This document shows, piece by piece, positions 48,544 to 56,540 of a stretch of DNA of 64,000 nt. The stretch is from an uncultured virus (IMG/VR IMGVR_UViG_3300007734_000750). Lineage: Duplodnaviria > Heunggongvirae > Uroviricota > Caudoviricetes. How positions within the stretch are numbered: the stretch's first letter is position 1; the number at the start of each line of letters is the position of its first letter. Made by a program: the position numbers and the translations under genes. The notes beneath the pieces are model-generated. The model ran no database searches, was not told the origin of the DNA, and saw only the letters and a list, made by a program, of their open reading frames with translations. The DNA lies in the IMG/VR virus record IMGVR_UViG_3300007734_000750, one strand, 5' to 3'.

Positions 48544-48700
48544 ATGTACCTCCGGAGTAGAGTCCGGACGGGATTAACCATCTAAAAGAAAGGGGAGAAT
48601 TCTGTATCTAGCGAAAAGGTGTCTTAGGACACCTTTTTGTTGCTTAAAAAATTTTTAAAATAAATTTGTTTAATTAAATCACTTATATTACTTTTGTCCT

Positions 48701-48964
48701 ATGAAAACATTTGATGATTTAGTATTTAAACAACACCCAATGGGTAGAGGAGCCGTTCAAGCAAGAATGGACTTAGGAAACGATATTGAAGTTTCTGTGG
48801 TTGGTGGTCCAAACTTATACGGAAATGGAACAACTTCCTTTGAAGTCGCCGCATTCTACAAAACACTTGGTAAGTTTGTACCAATGGAAGACGGTAATGA
48901 TGTTTCAGGATGGAACTCAAAAGAAGAAGTAACAAAAATTATTAACAAATTAGAAAATTTATAA
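48701..48964 (+). CDS. conserved phage hypothetical protein, probably leaderless
   Basis: MKTFDDL.F, SVV...YG...FEVA; ATG 4 nt after TACTTTTG. Confidence 0.75.
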   Translation: MKTFDDLVFKQHPMGRGAVQARMDLGNDIEVSVVGGPNLYGNGTTSFEVAAFYKTLGKFVPMEDGNDVSGWNSKEEVTKIINKLENL

Positions 48965-48967
48965 ATT

Positions 48968-49234
48968 ATGCCAGATTTTAGTACAGAAATTGATATTGAG
49001 CCTTACGAATATATATCGGCGTGTTCAAAAAGAGATATTGACGATTTAATTGAAAGTCTTATAGAGGATGGTCATTTAGATTCATTCAATGGGAGAGTTA
49101 AACCAAAAAGAGAAGGGGCTACAGTAATGGAGTTAGAGTGGGATGAATTAATGATGAAAATTAGAAATTCTAAACATTTATTATCAAATGAAGATGAAAG
49201 TAGAATAATTGACATTGCAAGTAAATTAGTTTAA
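48968..49234 (+). CDS. hypothetical protein
   Basis: ORF. Confidence 0.65.
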   Translation: MPDFSTEIDIEPYEYISACSKRDIDDLIESLIEDGHLDSFNGRVKPKREGATVMELEWDELMMKIRNSKHLLSNEDESRIIDIASKLV

Positions 49235-49652
49235 AGATATGTGGGTAATAGTAAAAATGGTGAAACATCATACCGGAGTTGAATTACCGGTTATATTAGT
49301 GGATTCTTATTCAGAAATAATGAGTTTTGATACAGAGGGAGAAGCGTTAAAAATGAAAGAAATTTTTGAAGCAAATTCAGATTCAGGTCATAAATATATT
49401 GTTAAAAAACATTAATTAAAAAAAAATATTTGACTTTTGATAAACTTTTCGTAAGTTTGTGATAGTTATAAGAAACAAGGTAGAGATACCACAAAAAAAA
49501 GAAAAATGAAAAATATTAATAAACATATGAATGTCTCGATTTGGAACCAACAATTTAGTAATTGTTCGTATCCGCGTATTTCGCATACAAGTTCAGCTGA
49601 TTTATTAAGTGATATTATTTTTGAATAAAAATTAATCATAACATATAATAAG

Positions 49653-49687
49653 AATCCTGAACTCAAAAAGTTCAGGATTTTTTTTTT
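49653..49687 (+). terminator. intrinsic terminator upstream of tRNA operon 1
   Basis: AATCCTGAACT-loop-AGTTCAGGATT + T-run. Confidence 0.85.
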
Positions 49688-49776
49688 ATAAAAAAATTGG
49701 AAGTTAGAAAAAAAGGATTACCTTTGTCCCATCAAAATAAAGGAACAAGTTATTTGAAATATTGGTAAGAAAAAAT

Positions 49777-49860
49777 GGAGAGCATCCGGCGGGATGAGGG
49801 GTCACTCTTGAAAAGTGATAATGGGTAACACCATTGTGAGTTCGAGTCTCACGCTCTCTT
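49777..49860 (+). tRNA. tRNA-Ser(TGA)
   Basis: TCACT-CTTGAAA-AGTGA; long variable arm; TTCGAGT T-loop. Confidence 0.85.
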
Positions 49861-49863
49861 CTA

Positions 49864-50526
49864 TTATTTAGTTATTCTGGAATTGACAATTTTAACGATA
49901 ATATCAAGGTATTTTTGGGATGTTGATGGTTTAACATATTTTTGTTGTGAAACATCAATTATACATAAATCAATTTTTAAATCGTGACATAATTTAGTTT
50001 TAGATTTATCGTTTTCTTGAATTTGAGATAATTTATTAACACCATAAATCGGTTCATAATGGAATATACCATTTAATTCGATTGCAAGATTAAGTGACGG
50101 GAAATAAATGTCTAATTCAGACCCAATTATTTCTTTTTTATTAAAATCAATTTGAAGATTAGGATATAGGATAGTAAGTTGTTCTTCTAACCAAATTTCA
50201 AGTTTGGAACGACGATTCCCGTGAGTTTTATTTTTGTTGTTATAAGTTGTGGAACAAGATTGAGAACAAAAATGATTACTTGATTTTTCCATTTGACTTG
50301 GTAATTTTTCAAAAGAACACCCACAATTAGAACATTTAATTAATTTTTTTGTTTTACGACAATTCAAGGAACAAAACATTATTCTATGAGATTTATCTGA
50401 TTTTAAATATTTTTGAATATCGTATTTAATTTTATAAAATGGAATACCACAAATGTGGCATTGGCAAGGTAATTTATCCCTTGATTTTGAATTGTCAAAT
50501 TCATCTTGAGTGAAAAGTGGTATCAT
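49864..50526 (-). CDS. Zn-finger PD-(D/E)xK-type endonuclease, probably mobile
   Basis: CxxC/FCS repeats; ELDIY...AIELNG..HY; inserted antisense in tRNA cluster. Confidence 0.75.
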   Translation of the reverse strand: MIPLFTQDEFDNSKSRDKLPCQCHICGIPFYKIKYDIQKYLKSDKSHRIMFCSLNCRKTKKLIKCSNCGCSFEKLPSQMEKSSNHFCSQSCSTTYNNKNKTHGNRRSKLEIWLEEQLTILYPNLQIDFNKKEIIGSELDIYFPSLNLAIELNGIFHYEPIYGVNKLSQIQENDKSKTKLCHDLKIDLCIIDVSQQKYVKPSTSQKYLDIIVKIVNSRITK

Positions 50527-50611
50527 AAAAACTATTATTTATTATAAATAGTTTAGATATTGTGAAAGTTTAATTTCTAAACCTAACTCTTCCTCAATAA
50601 AAAAAATATTT

Positions 50612-50682
50612 TGCCTATTCGTATAAAGGTGGTACAATGCTCTTTGACAGCATCGGAGGAAGGTCAGTACTTTCATAGGCAA
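50612..50682 (+). tRNA. tRNA-Gln(TTG)
   Basis: TGCCTAT/ATAGGCA; ATGCT-CTTTGAC-AGCAT; atypical T-loop. Confidence 0.8.
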
Positions 50683-50736
50683 CGAAGGGTTCGGTGGAAA
50701 CCCACGAGTAGGTGATGAGCCTATGTCCATCAAAAC

Positions 50737-50804
50737 GCCGAGTGGTCCGGGACCAGAGACGGTTCATATCTGACTCTAGAATGGCTCAACACCATTACTC
50801 GGTA
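50737..50804 (+). tRNA. atypical short tRNA with CAT anticodon
   Basis: GCCGAGT/ACTCGGT; tiny D-arm; extended anticodon stem; loop TTCATAT. Confidence 0.55.
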
Positions 50805-50810
50805 CAATTT

Positions 50811-50881
50811 GCCTCGTTGGCGTAATAGGAGCGTATTTGTTTTACATACAAATGGCGGTGGAGCATAACCATCACGAGGTA
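50811..50881 (+). tRNA. tRNA-Val(TAC)
   Basis: GCCTCGT/ACGAGGT; TTTGT-TTTACAT-ACAAA. Confidence 0.82.
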
Positions 50882-50889
50882 CAAAAATT

Positions 50890-50970
50890 GGAAAGTAAAA
50901 GTCGTTCGGATACGGCAACCTGATTGTAAACCAGGTCTTCACGGGAGTGGTTCGAGTCCACTACTTTCCA
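50890..50970 (+). tRNA. tRNA-Tyr(GTA)
   Basis: GGAAAGT/ACTTTCC; loop TTGTAAA. Confidence 0.8.
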
Positions 50971-51113
50971 CAAAATGATGAATTTTAGTATGAAAGAATG
51001 TCGACAATTCTGATTACAACAAACGAAATTATAACCCTCTGCCTGTGCACAGTAAAACTACTATTAAGCAGTCAAGAGTGAGACGAAACGGGTATCTCAC
51101 CATCATTTTAATT

Positions 51114-51186
51114 GGGGATTAAGCTAATCTAGTGAAAGCGTTGGTCTGAAGAATCAAAGAGACAGGAGCGTAACCTGTAATCCCCA
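51114..51186 (+). tRNA. tRNA-Phe(GAA)
   Basis: GGGGATT/AATCCCC; loop CTGAAGA. Confidence 0.85.
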
Positions 51187-51336
51187 CAAACAAGGTAATC
51201 GTTCCCAGAGTTGATGTGGCCACATCGGGACTCAAGAAAAGTAAAGTTACAGACGGATGCGTAACGCCTTGGACTACTATGATTTAATAATGATACGAGC
51301 TTCATACGTTTGCAAAATAACATAGTGGTCAAAATT

Positions 51337-51408
51337 GGACTTGTAGCTCAGTAGGAGAGCATTCGCCTGTTAAGCGAAGGGTCGGGATGGCAGAATTCCC
51401 CAAGTCCG
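51337..51408 (+). tRNA. tRNA-Asn(GTT)
   Basis: GGACTTG/CAAGTCC; TTCGC-CTGTTAA-GCGAA. Confidence 0.87.
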
Positions 51409-51484
51409 CGGAGTCCTGATACAACAGGAAACCCCCACTCCCATATGGCAGCCGGTCCGTTAAGCCGGTGAAGTGGGGTAATAT

Positions 51485-51556
51485 GGTGTTTGAAGCTTTT
51501 TAGTGAAGTGTTGGTTTGTGGAACCAAAGAAGACGGGGCGGTACCGTCCTAACACC
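51485..51556 (+). tRNA. tRNA-His(GTG)
   Basis: G-1:C73; TTGGT-TTGTGGA-ACCAA. Confidence 0.82.
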
Positions 51557-51668
51557 CAAATGTGTTGTTCCCGGTGAGAGAGGAATGAAATAGTCGGGTG
51601 AGATTATAAATTTTGAAATGATTTATGTCTATATTTGCACAACACAGAGGAGTTCTTAACCTCAAATT

Positions 51669-51740
51669 GGTCTCTTGGTGTAACGAATAGCACATAATAC
51701 TACGGATATTAGAGTGGGGGTTTGATTCCCTCAGAGACTA
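51669..51740 (+). tRNA. tRNA-Arg(ACG)
   Basis: GGTCTCT/AGAGACT; TAATA-CTACGGA-TATTA. Confidence 0.85.
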
Positions 51741-51817
51741 CAAAAAAATCGTCTTGGTAACACAAGTTAAGTGACAGGGCCAAGTCACGGATAGGTTAAG
51801 CGATGACCTATCAAAAT

Positions 51818-51906
51818 GGAGAGTAAAACAATCAGGGTATTGTCACCGCCTGCTAAGCGAGTGGTTCTGTAAAAGGGATGGATTTCGAGTATTCTGCTCT
51901 CCGCCA
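51818..51906 (+). tRNA. tRNA-Ser(GCT)
   Basis: GGAGAGT/GCTCTCC-GCCA; loop CTGCTAA; long variable arm. Confidence 0.82.
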
Positions 51907-51919
51907 TAAACATTAATTT

Positions 51920-51992
51920 CTAGATGTGGGAAAGTTGGTAATCCGCTACACTTGGAATGTAGAGAACATCGGTTCGAGTCCGGTCATTTAGA
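51920..51992 (+). tRNA. tRNA-Pro(TGG)
   Basis: CTACA-CTTGGAA-TGTAG; canonical T arm. Confidence 0.88.
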
Positions 51993-52056
51993 CGAGGGAG
52001 ATTGTTACTAATTTATAGAACCCTAATAGTATGGGGGAAGCGTAGAATTAGAACTT

Positions 52057-52130
52057 AGGTGGTTAGCTCAATTGGTTGGAGTACTTCGCTGATACCGAAG
52101 AGGTTATGAGTTCGAGTCTCATACCACCTA
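52057..52130 (+). tRNA. tRNA-Ile(GAT)
   Basis: AGGTGGT/ACCACCT; CTTCG-CTGATAC-CGAAG. Confidence 0.9.
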
Positions 52131-52214
52131 CAAATGTGGCTCACAAACTTTGATTATTAAGTTCAAATTAGTTATATTTTGAGCCAAATAACAAAGTGAA
52201 ATGAGCTCAATATT

Positions 52215-52286
52215 GACCTCGTAACTCAGCGGTAGAGTACCAAGCTTTTAACTTGGGAGTCGAGATTTCGAAATTCTCCGGGGTCA
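52215..52286 (+). tRNA. tRNA-Lys(TTT)
   Basis: CCAAG-CTTTTAA-CTTGG. Confidence 0.88.
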
Positions 52287-52319
52287 CAAAAAGAATGTTT
52301 AATTAAAAAATCAAAAGTC

Positions 52320-52829
52320 GTGAGTAAGTACCAAAAAACTTTGGTTTTGGATTCAAGTTTTATGGCAAGGAGTATTATATCCACAGAGAGGGCTTTCGTC
52401 ATTTCTTATAAAGGTAATGCCGACATCGTCCACGAACATCCGGAATCATTTAAATTAGTGAATCCTGAATTGGATATTAAAAAACCATCAATTATCCGGG
52501 TCTACAAATATGTAAATCAGGTAATCCAAAAAGTTCCTTTAAGTAGAGAGAATGTTTATCGTAGAGATAACTATGAGTGTGTGTATTGTGGTGATAGTAA
52601 TAGAAAGACATTGACATTAGACCACGTAATTCCCCAATCTAAGGGGGGGAAAGATTCTTGGGACAACTTGGTTACCGCTTGTAGAAGATGTAACGGTGAG
52701 AAGTCCAATTTAACTTTGGAAGAATATGGTAAGGAAATACCTCAACCAAGACGACCACACTATTTGATGTTGATGAAACAGGTTCACCACGAAATTCCAA
52801 AAGAGTGGGAACCATATTTATTTTTTTAA
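52320..52829 (+). CDS. HNH endonuclease (McrA-like)
   Basis: RDNYECVYCG, TLDHVIPQSKGG, WDNLVTACRRCN. Confidence 0.92.
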   Translation: MSKYQKTLVLDSSFMARSIISTERAFVISYKGNADIVHEHPESFKLVNPELDIKKPSIIRVYKYVNQVIQKVPLSRENVYRRDNYECVYCGDSNRKTLTLDHVIPQSKGGKDSWDNLVTACRRCNGEKSNLTLEEYGKEIPQPRRPHYLMLMKQVHHEIPKEWEPYLFF

Positions 52830-53035
52830 AAATTTTGGCAGAATAAAAAATAGTTGTATCTTTGTTGAAATAAAAACAGAGAAACTATGTCATTAGAAAA
52901 AGAAATTTTGGGATTCACAAATTGGTTATACACTAACAATTGGAAACTAATTGGTGATGGAATGTGTTTGAATACTGAAACAAAGGCGATTGGTCGTATT
53001 GACGAACTGATGGTTGAATATAATAAATAGAAATA

Positions 53036-53278
53036 ATGATACCAAAAAATGAAATGGTTGAAGGGTGGTATAATGGTTTCTGTAGAAACAACCACGTTGC
53101 TTATTGGGATGGTGAAAAGTTCCAATATGTAAGATATAGTTTCAATTTTTACTTGGAGACAATTCAACATTTTGAAGATGTTAAAGAAAGTGGATTTGAT
53201 GGGTTTGTTCCGGTGGAAAAGATTGAAAGAATCCCTATTGATAAACAATGGGAACTTAAAGATAAAATAGGTTATTAA
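53036..53278 (+). CDS. hypothetical protein
   Basis: WY.G.CRN..VA.WDG motif. Confidence 0.65.
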   Translation: MIPKNEMVEGWYNGFCRNNHVAYWDGEKFQYVRYSFNFYLETIQHFEDVKESGFDGFVPVEKIERIPIDKQWELKDKIGY

Positions 53279-53281
53279 ATT

Positions 53282-53351
53282 GGTCTTGATGGTCGTGGCG
53301 ACCGGTAGGTCTGCAAAATCTACAGAGTGAGTTCGATTCTCACCGAGACCT
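53282..53351 (+). tRNA. tRNA-Cys(GCA)
   Basis: GGTCTTG/CGAGACC, U73; loop CTGCAAA. Confidence 0.85.
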
Positions 53352-53359
53352 CAATAAAT

Positions 53360-53431
53360 GCGTCATTGGTGAAATGGTTATCATTTTAGTCTCCAAAACT
53401 AAAGTTTCAGATTCGAGTTCTGAATGGCGTG
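53360..53431 (+). tRNA. tRNA-Trp(CCA)
   Basis: TTAGT-CTCCAAA-ACTAA. Confidence 0.88.
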
Positions 53432-53437
53432 CAACAT

Positions 53438-53544
53438 CCTTCTGTAGTTTAACAAGAGCAAAACACAGAGACGAATACATCTCCCTCCGGTAACCATCCC
53501 AAGAATGTATTAAGAGTATGTGGGTTCGATTCCCACTGGAAGGG
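53438..53544 (+). ncRNA. tRNA-like RNA with enlarged anticodon domain
   Basis: acceptor, D and canonical T arm present; anticodon arm replaced by AATACAT/ATGTATT stem with 24-nt loop. Confidence 0.6.
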
Positions 53545-53614
53545 CAAGAAGACGGAGAGTGAGTCAAGGGTAATTCCGTTATGGTTATCCCTTGGGGGTC
53601 TCTCCTGAAGAATT

Positions 53615-53814
53615 AAAAAGTTTAACAACCGGGGTGTCCATACTCTAAAAAACTAATGGACTAGTCGTGTTGATAGGGGTGACCTCCCAACAGTAGCACC
53701 GTAGAAATACGGTAAAGGATAGATAAGGACTGGTACGCCGGTGAGGAACACGACCAATTCCGGAATTCCCATTGTAGCCCGCTACGACCCAAGGGCGGGG
53801 TTGTTAAACTTTTT
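53615..53814 (+). ncRNA. ~200-nt multi-stem structured RNA, unknown family
   Basis: 16-bp closing stem and nested GC-rich helices; no ORF. Confidence 0.6.
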
Positions 53815-53831
53815 TCTTTATATTTATCAAT

Positions 53832-54176
53832 ATGAAAAACTTTAAATTTTTAATGGATAAACTCAAGGACTATAACTTAGATTCTGAGGATTATGCGGTT
53901 TTTGGTTCCGCACCATTAGTAATTACCGGTATGATTGATGATGTTAATGACTTAGATGTGATTATACGACCATCAAAATGGGAATTTAATGATGAAGGTG
54001 AATATAGAACCAAAGATATTGAATTTTTCAATAATTGGCCCGAATACGATATTGATGACTTAATTGATAATCATTCATTCGTTTATAATGGGGTTCGATT
54101 CATAAATCCAAAGAAAGTTATTGAATATAAAAAATCCCTTAAAAGGAATAAAGATAAAAATATTTGGGATAATTAA
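53832..54176 (+). CDS. minimal nucleotidyltransferase-like protein
   Basis: VFGS...NDLDVI (GS + DxD). Confidence 0.65.
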   Translation: MKNFKFLMDKLKDYNLDSEDYAVFGSAPLVITGMIDDVNDLDVIIRPSKWEFNDEGEYRTKDIEFFNNWPEYDIDDLIDNHSFVYNGVRFINPKKVIEYKKSLKRNKDKNIWDN

Positions 54177-54351
54177 AAATAAATCTTACCAATAATTGAC
54201 TTTTTACAAAACTAACGTATATTTATTAGAAATTACAATAACACAACAAATGCAAACTTTAAACATATTACTTACGATAGCGGGAACTGAGGGTAGAGAT
54301 ACAACTTGGAAGCAGATGGTATGATATATATTTAAGTAAAAAAAATATTCA

Positions 54352-54386
54352 AAAATCCATCTTCAAAAAAGGTGGATTTTTTTTTT
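54352..54386 (+). terminator. intrinsic terminator upstream of tRNA operon 2
   Basis: AATCCATCTT-loop-AAGGTGGATT + T-run. Confidence 0.85.
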
Positions 54387-54473
54387 GTAAAAAAGTTTGG
54401 TATAATGAAATAAAGTATTATCTTTGTACCATCAAACTGAAACAAGTTAATTGACATATTGGTAATATAAAAT

Positions 54474-54544
54474 GGCCCGTTAGTTTAGTAGTAGAACCTA
54501 TCCCTTTCACGGATAAGAGGACGGAGCGTAACCGTTACGGGCTA
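54474..54544 (+). tRNA. tRNA-Glu(TTC)
   Basis: GGCCCGT/ACGGGCT; TATCC-CTTTCAC-GGATA. Confidence 0.87.
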
Positions 54545-54549
54545 CAATT

Positions 54550-54621
54550 GGGGATATAGTATAACGGCTATTACAATGGTTTTGCAAATCGTAAATTAGG
54601 GTTCAATTCCCTATATCTCCA
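54550..54621 (+). tRNA. tRNA-Ala(TGC)
   Basis: G3:U70; loop TTTGCAA. Confidence 0.87.
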
Positions 54622-54720
54622 CAAAAAACAGAAAGACAGAATACGGGAAGTCACTACCCGGGAAACACGGTTCTTTCTCCTTCAATTGTTATAGGATTGT
54701 CACCTTTGAATTGAAATTTT

Positions 54721-54795
54721 GGTCTCATAGTTAAACGGCTATAATATATCCCTGTCACGGATAAGTTCGGGGTTCGATTCCCCGTGGGACCGCCA
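54721..54795 (+). tRNA. tRNA-Asp(GTC)
   Basis: TATCC-CTGTCAC-GGATA; encoded CCA. Confidence 0.92.
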
Positions 54796-54869
54796 TAAAC
54801 AATACATTCGTGAAGTATATTTTCGGGTTGTGAAGTGGTTTTTCGGATTTTCTGTGATATTTATATTAT

Positions 54870-55415
54870 ATGGAAGAATTAAATAGATATCAGAAAGCGG
54901 CTTTAGTTAGTAATACAAGAAGTCGAGAAAAATCGTTAAATAATTATTACGAAAACCCAAAAATTTGTAAATGTTGTAATAATCCAATTCAGGTTGGTGA
55001 AAATCAAAAAGTGAGTGATATTAGGAAGAAAGTTTTTTGTAATAGTAGTTGTTCGGCAACATTTAATAATTTACAAAGAGAAAGTAAATTAAAAAATAAA
55101 ATCAAAACACCAAAAAAAGAAAAATTTGAATATATTTTAAGTTTATCAAAAAAATTTTTAATTGAAAAACATCAAACATATCATAAATATAGGTCAGTAA
55201 TTAGAAGACACGCACATTATGTCTTTAACACACATCACGAACATCAAGAATGTAAAGTTTGTGGATACGACACTCACATAGAAGTTTGCCACATTAAATC
55301 AGTTTCATCGTTTAGTGATGATACGTTAATAAGTGAAATAAATTCTATTGATAATTTAATTGGGTTATGTCCTAATCACCATTGGGAATTTGATAATGAT
55401 ATAATAAAAATATAA
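54870..55415 (+). CDS. HNH endonuclease with Zn-finger N-terminus
   Basis: CKVCGY..HIEVCHIK...NLIGLCPNHHWEFD. Confidence 0.85.
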   Translation: MEELNRYQKAALVSNTRSREKSLNNYYENPKICKCCNNPIQVGENQKVSDIRKKVFCNSSCSATFNNLQRESKLKNKIKTPKKEKFEYILSLSKKFLIEKHQTYHKYRSVIRRHAHYVFNTHHEHQECKVCGYDTHIEVCHIKSVSSFSDDTLISEINSIDNLIGLCPNHHWEFDNDIIKI

Positions 55416-55419
55416 ATAT

Positions 55420-55492
55420 GGCGGGCGGACCGGTTGGTATCGGGGGTAGTCTCATAAGCTTCATAAATCAGGTTCGATTCCTGAGCGTCGCA
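55420..55492 (+). tRNA. tRNA-Met(CAT), irregular stems
   Basis: loop CTCATAA; canonical T arm; bulged acceptor stem. Confidence 0.65.
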
Positions 55493-55507
55493 ACTAAGAA
55501 TAAACAT

Positions 55508-55580
55508 CGCAGGATAGAGCAGTTGGCAGCTCGTGTGGCTCATAACCATAAGGTCGGAGGTTCGAGTCCTTCTCCTGCTA
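55508..55580 (+). tRNA. initiator-type tRNA-fMet(CAT)
   Basis: C1:U72 mismatch; CGCAGG start; loop CTCATAA. Confidence 0.85.
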
Positions 55581-55602
55581 CTAATTTAATAACTAAATCC
55601 GT

Positions 55603-55776
55603 ATGGCTACAGTAGCAAAAAGGTCAAGACAACAAAGAGTTCTTGAAATGTTGGAGAAACAATTGAAAAATGGTGTAAAAACCGAAAAAGGAACACGAGA
55701 TGTGAAAGTTCCATTAACTGATTCTGATAAGAAGAGAATCAACAAAGAGATTGAAACTCTTAAAACAAAAGTATAA
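55603..55776 (+). CDS. 57-aa basic protein
   Basis: own translation MATVAKRSRQQRVLEMLEKQL... Confidence 0.6.
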   Translation: MATVAKRSRQQRVLEMLEKQLKNGVKTEKGTRDVKVPLTDSDKKRINKEIETLKTKV

Positions 55777-55825
55777 ACTTATAGATTTAAAATTTAAATT
55801 TATTTTCAAGGTATAAGTTTAATTT

Positions 55826-55897
55826 GCGAATGTCGTATAATGGTCATTACTCTTGACTTCCAATCAAGGGATGAGGGTTCGATTCCCTCCATTCGCT
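55826..55897 (+). tRNA. tRNA-Gly(TCC)
   Basis: GCGAATG/CATTCGC; CTTGA-CTTCCAA-TCAAG. Confidence 0.92.
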
Positions 55898-56102
55898 CAA
55901 AAATAGGGAAAAAGTAATTATATGAAGTAACCTTCGGGGACACTGCCGGAACCCTCTAACACATAGGTTGGTGAAAAGTATGATGAAAGACAACGGCGCA
56001 CCGGTCATCCATCTGGGAGTAATTACCCATAACGGACGTGGAGATGAAGTCACAACTCCTTAAGACCGCAATGGTGAAAAATTTGGTCGAACTATTTTAA
56101 TT

Positions 56103-56175
56103 GCCTCCATAGCATAAATGGAAATGCCACATCCTTCTAAGATGTCCAATATTGGTTCAAATCCAGTTGGGGGTA
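56103..56175 (+). tRNA. tRNA-Arg(TCT)
   Basis: ACATC-CTTCTAA-GATGT. Confidence 0.9.
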
Positions 56176-56180
56176 CAAAT

Positions 56181-56302
56181 GGTGTAAAAGGGTTGAGTGA
56201 TGGTGATTTGTAGGTAACACTCCTTAATACTAGGATTGGAGAGAAGAGTTGGTGCATATCACAAGTAATTCATCGAGGTAGGTTCGATTCCTATCTACAC
56301 TA
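56181..56302 (+). ncRNA. tRNA-like RNA without D-stem, with long central helix
   Basis: GGTGTA/TACACT acceptor; GTAGG-TTCGATT-CCTAT T arm; irregular long hairpin between. Confidence 0.6.
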
Positions 56303-56310
56303 CAAATAAC

Positions 56311-56385
56311 ACCCTCGTGGGCAAACGGGAAAGCCGTCTGATTTAGGCTCAGAAGATTTTGTGAGTTCGACTCTCACCGTGGGTA
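56311..56385 (+). tRNA. tRNA-Leu(TAG) with short variable region
   Basis: TCTGA-TTTAGGC-TCAGA. Confidence 0.82.
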
Positions 56386-56540
56386 CAATACATTATCATA
56401 ACTCGGTGTGATACACCGCCAACTACCTCCTTAAACTACGTGGGAACTGCGGTTCTCCCAATGTGGCCGAAGTGATAATGTTAAAATAGTAGTTTAAGAG
56501 ACAGAGTTGACTTCTACTTAAAAAAAATACTCTGCGACAG

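Noticed and set aside
51009..51035. Hammerhead ribozyme (CTGATTA...CGAAA)
   Set aside because: Core is CUGAUUA rather than CUGAnGA, and the flanking stems do not form.
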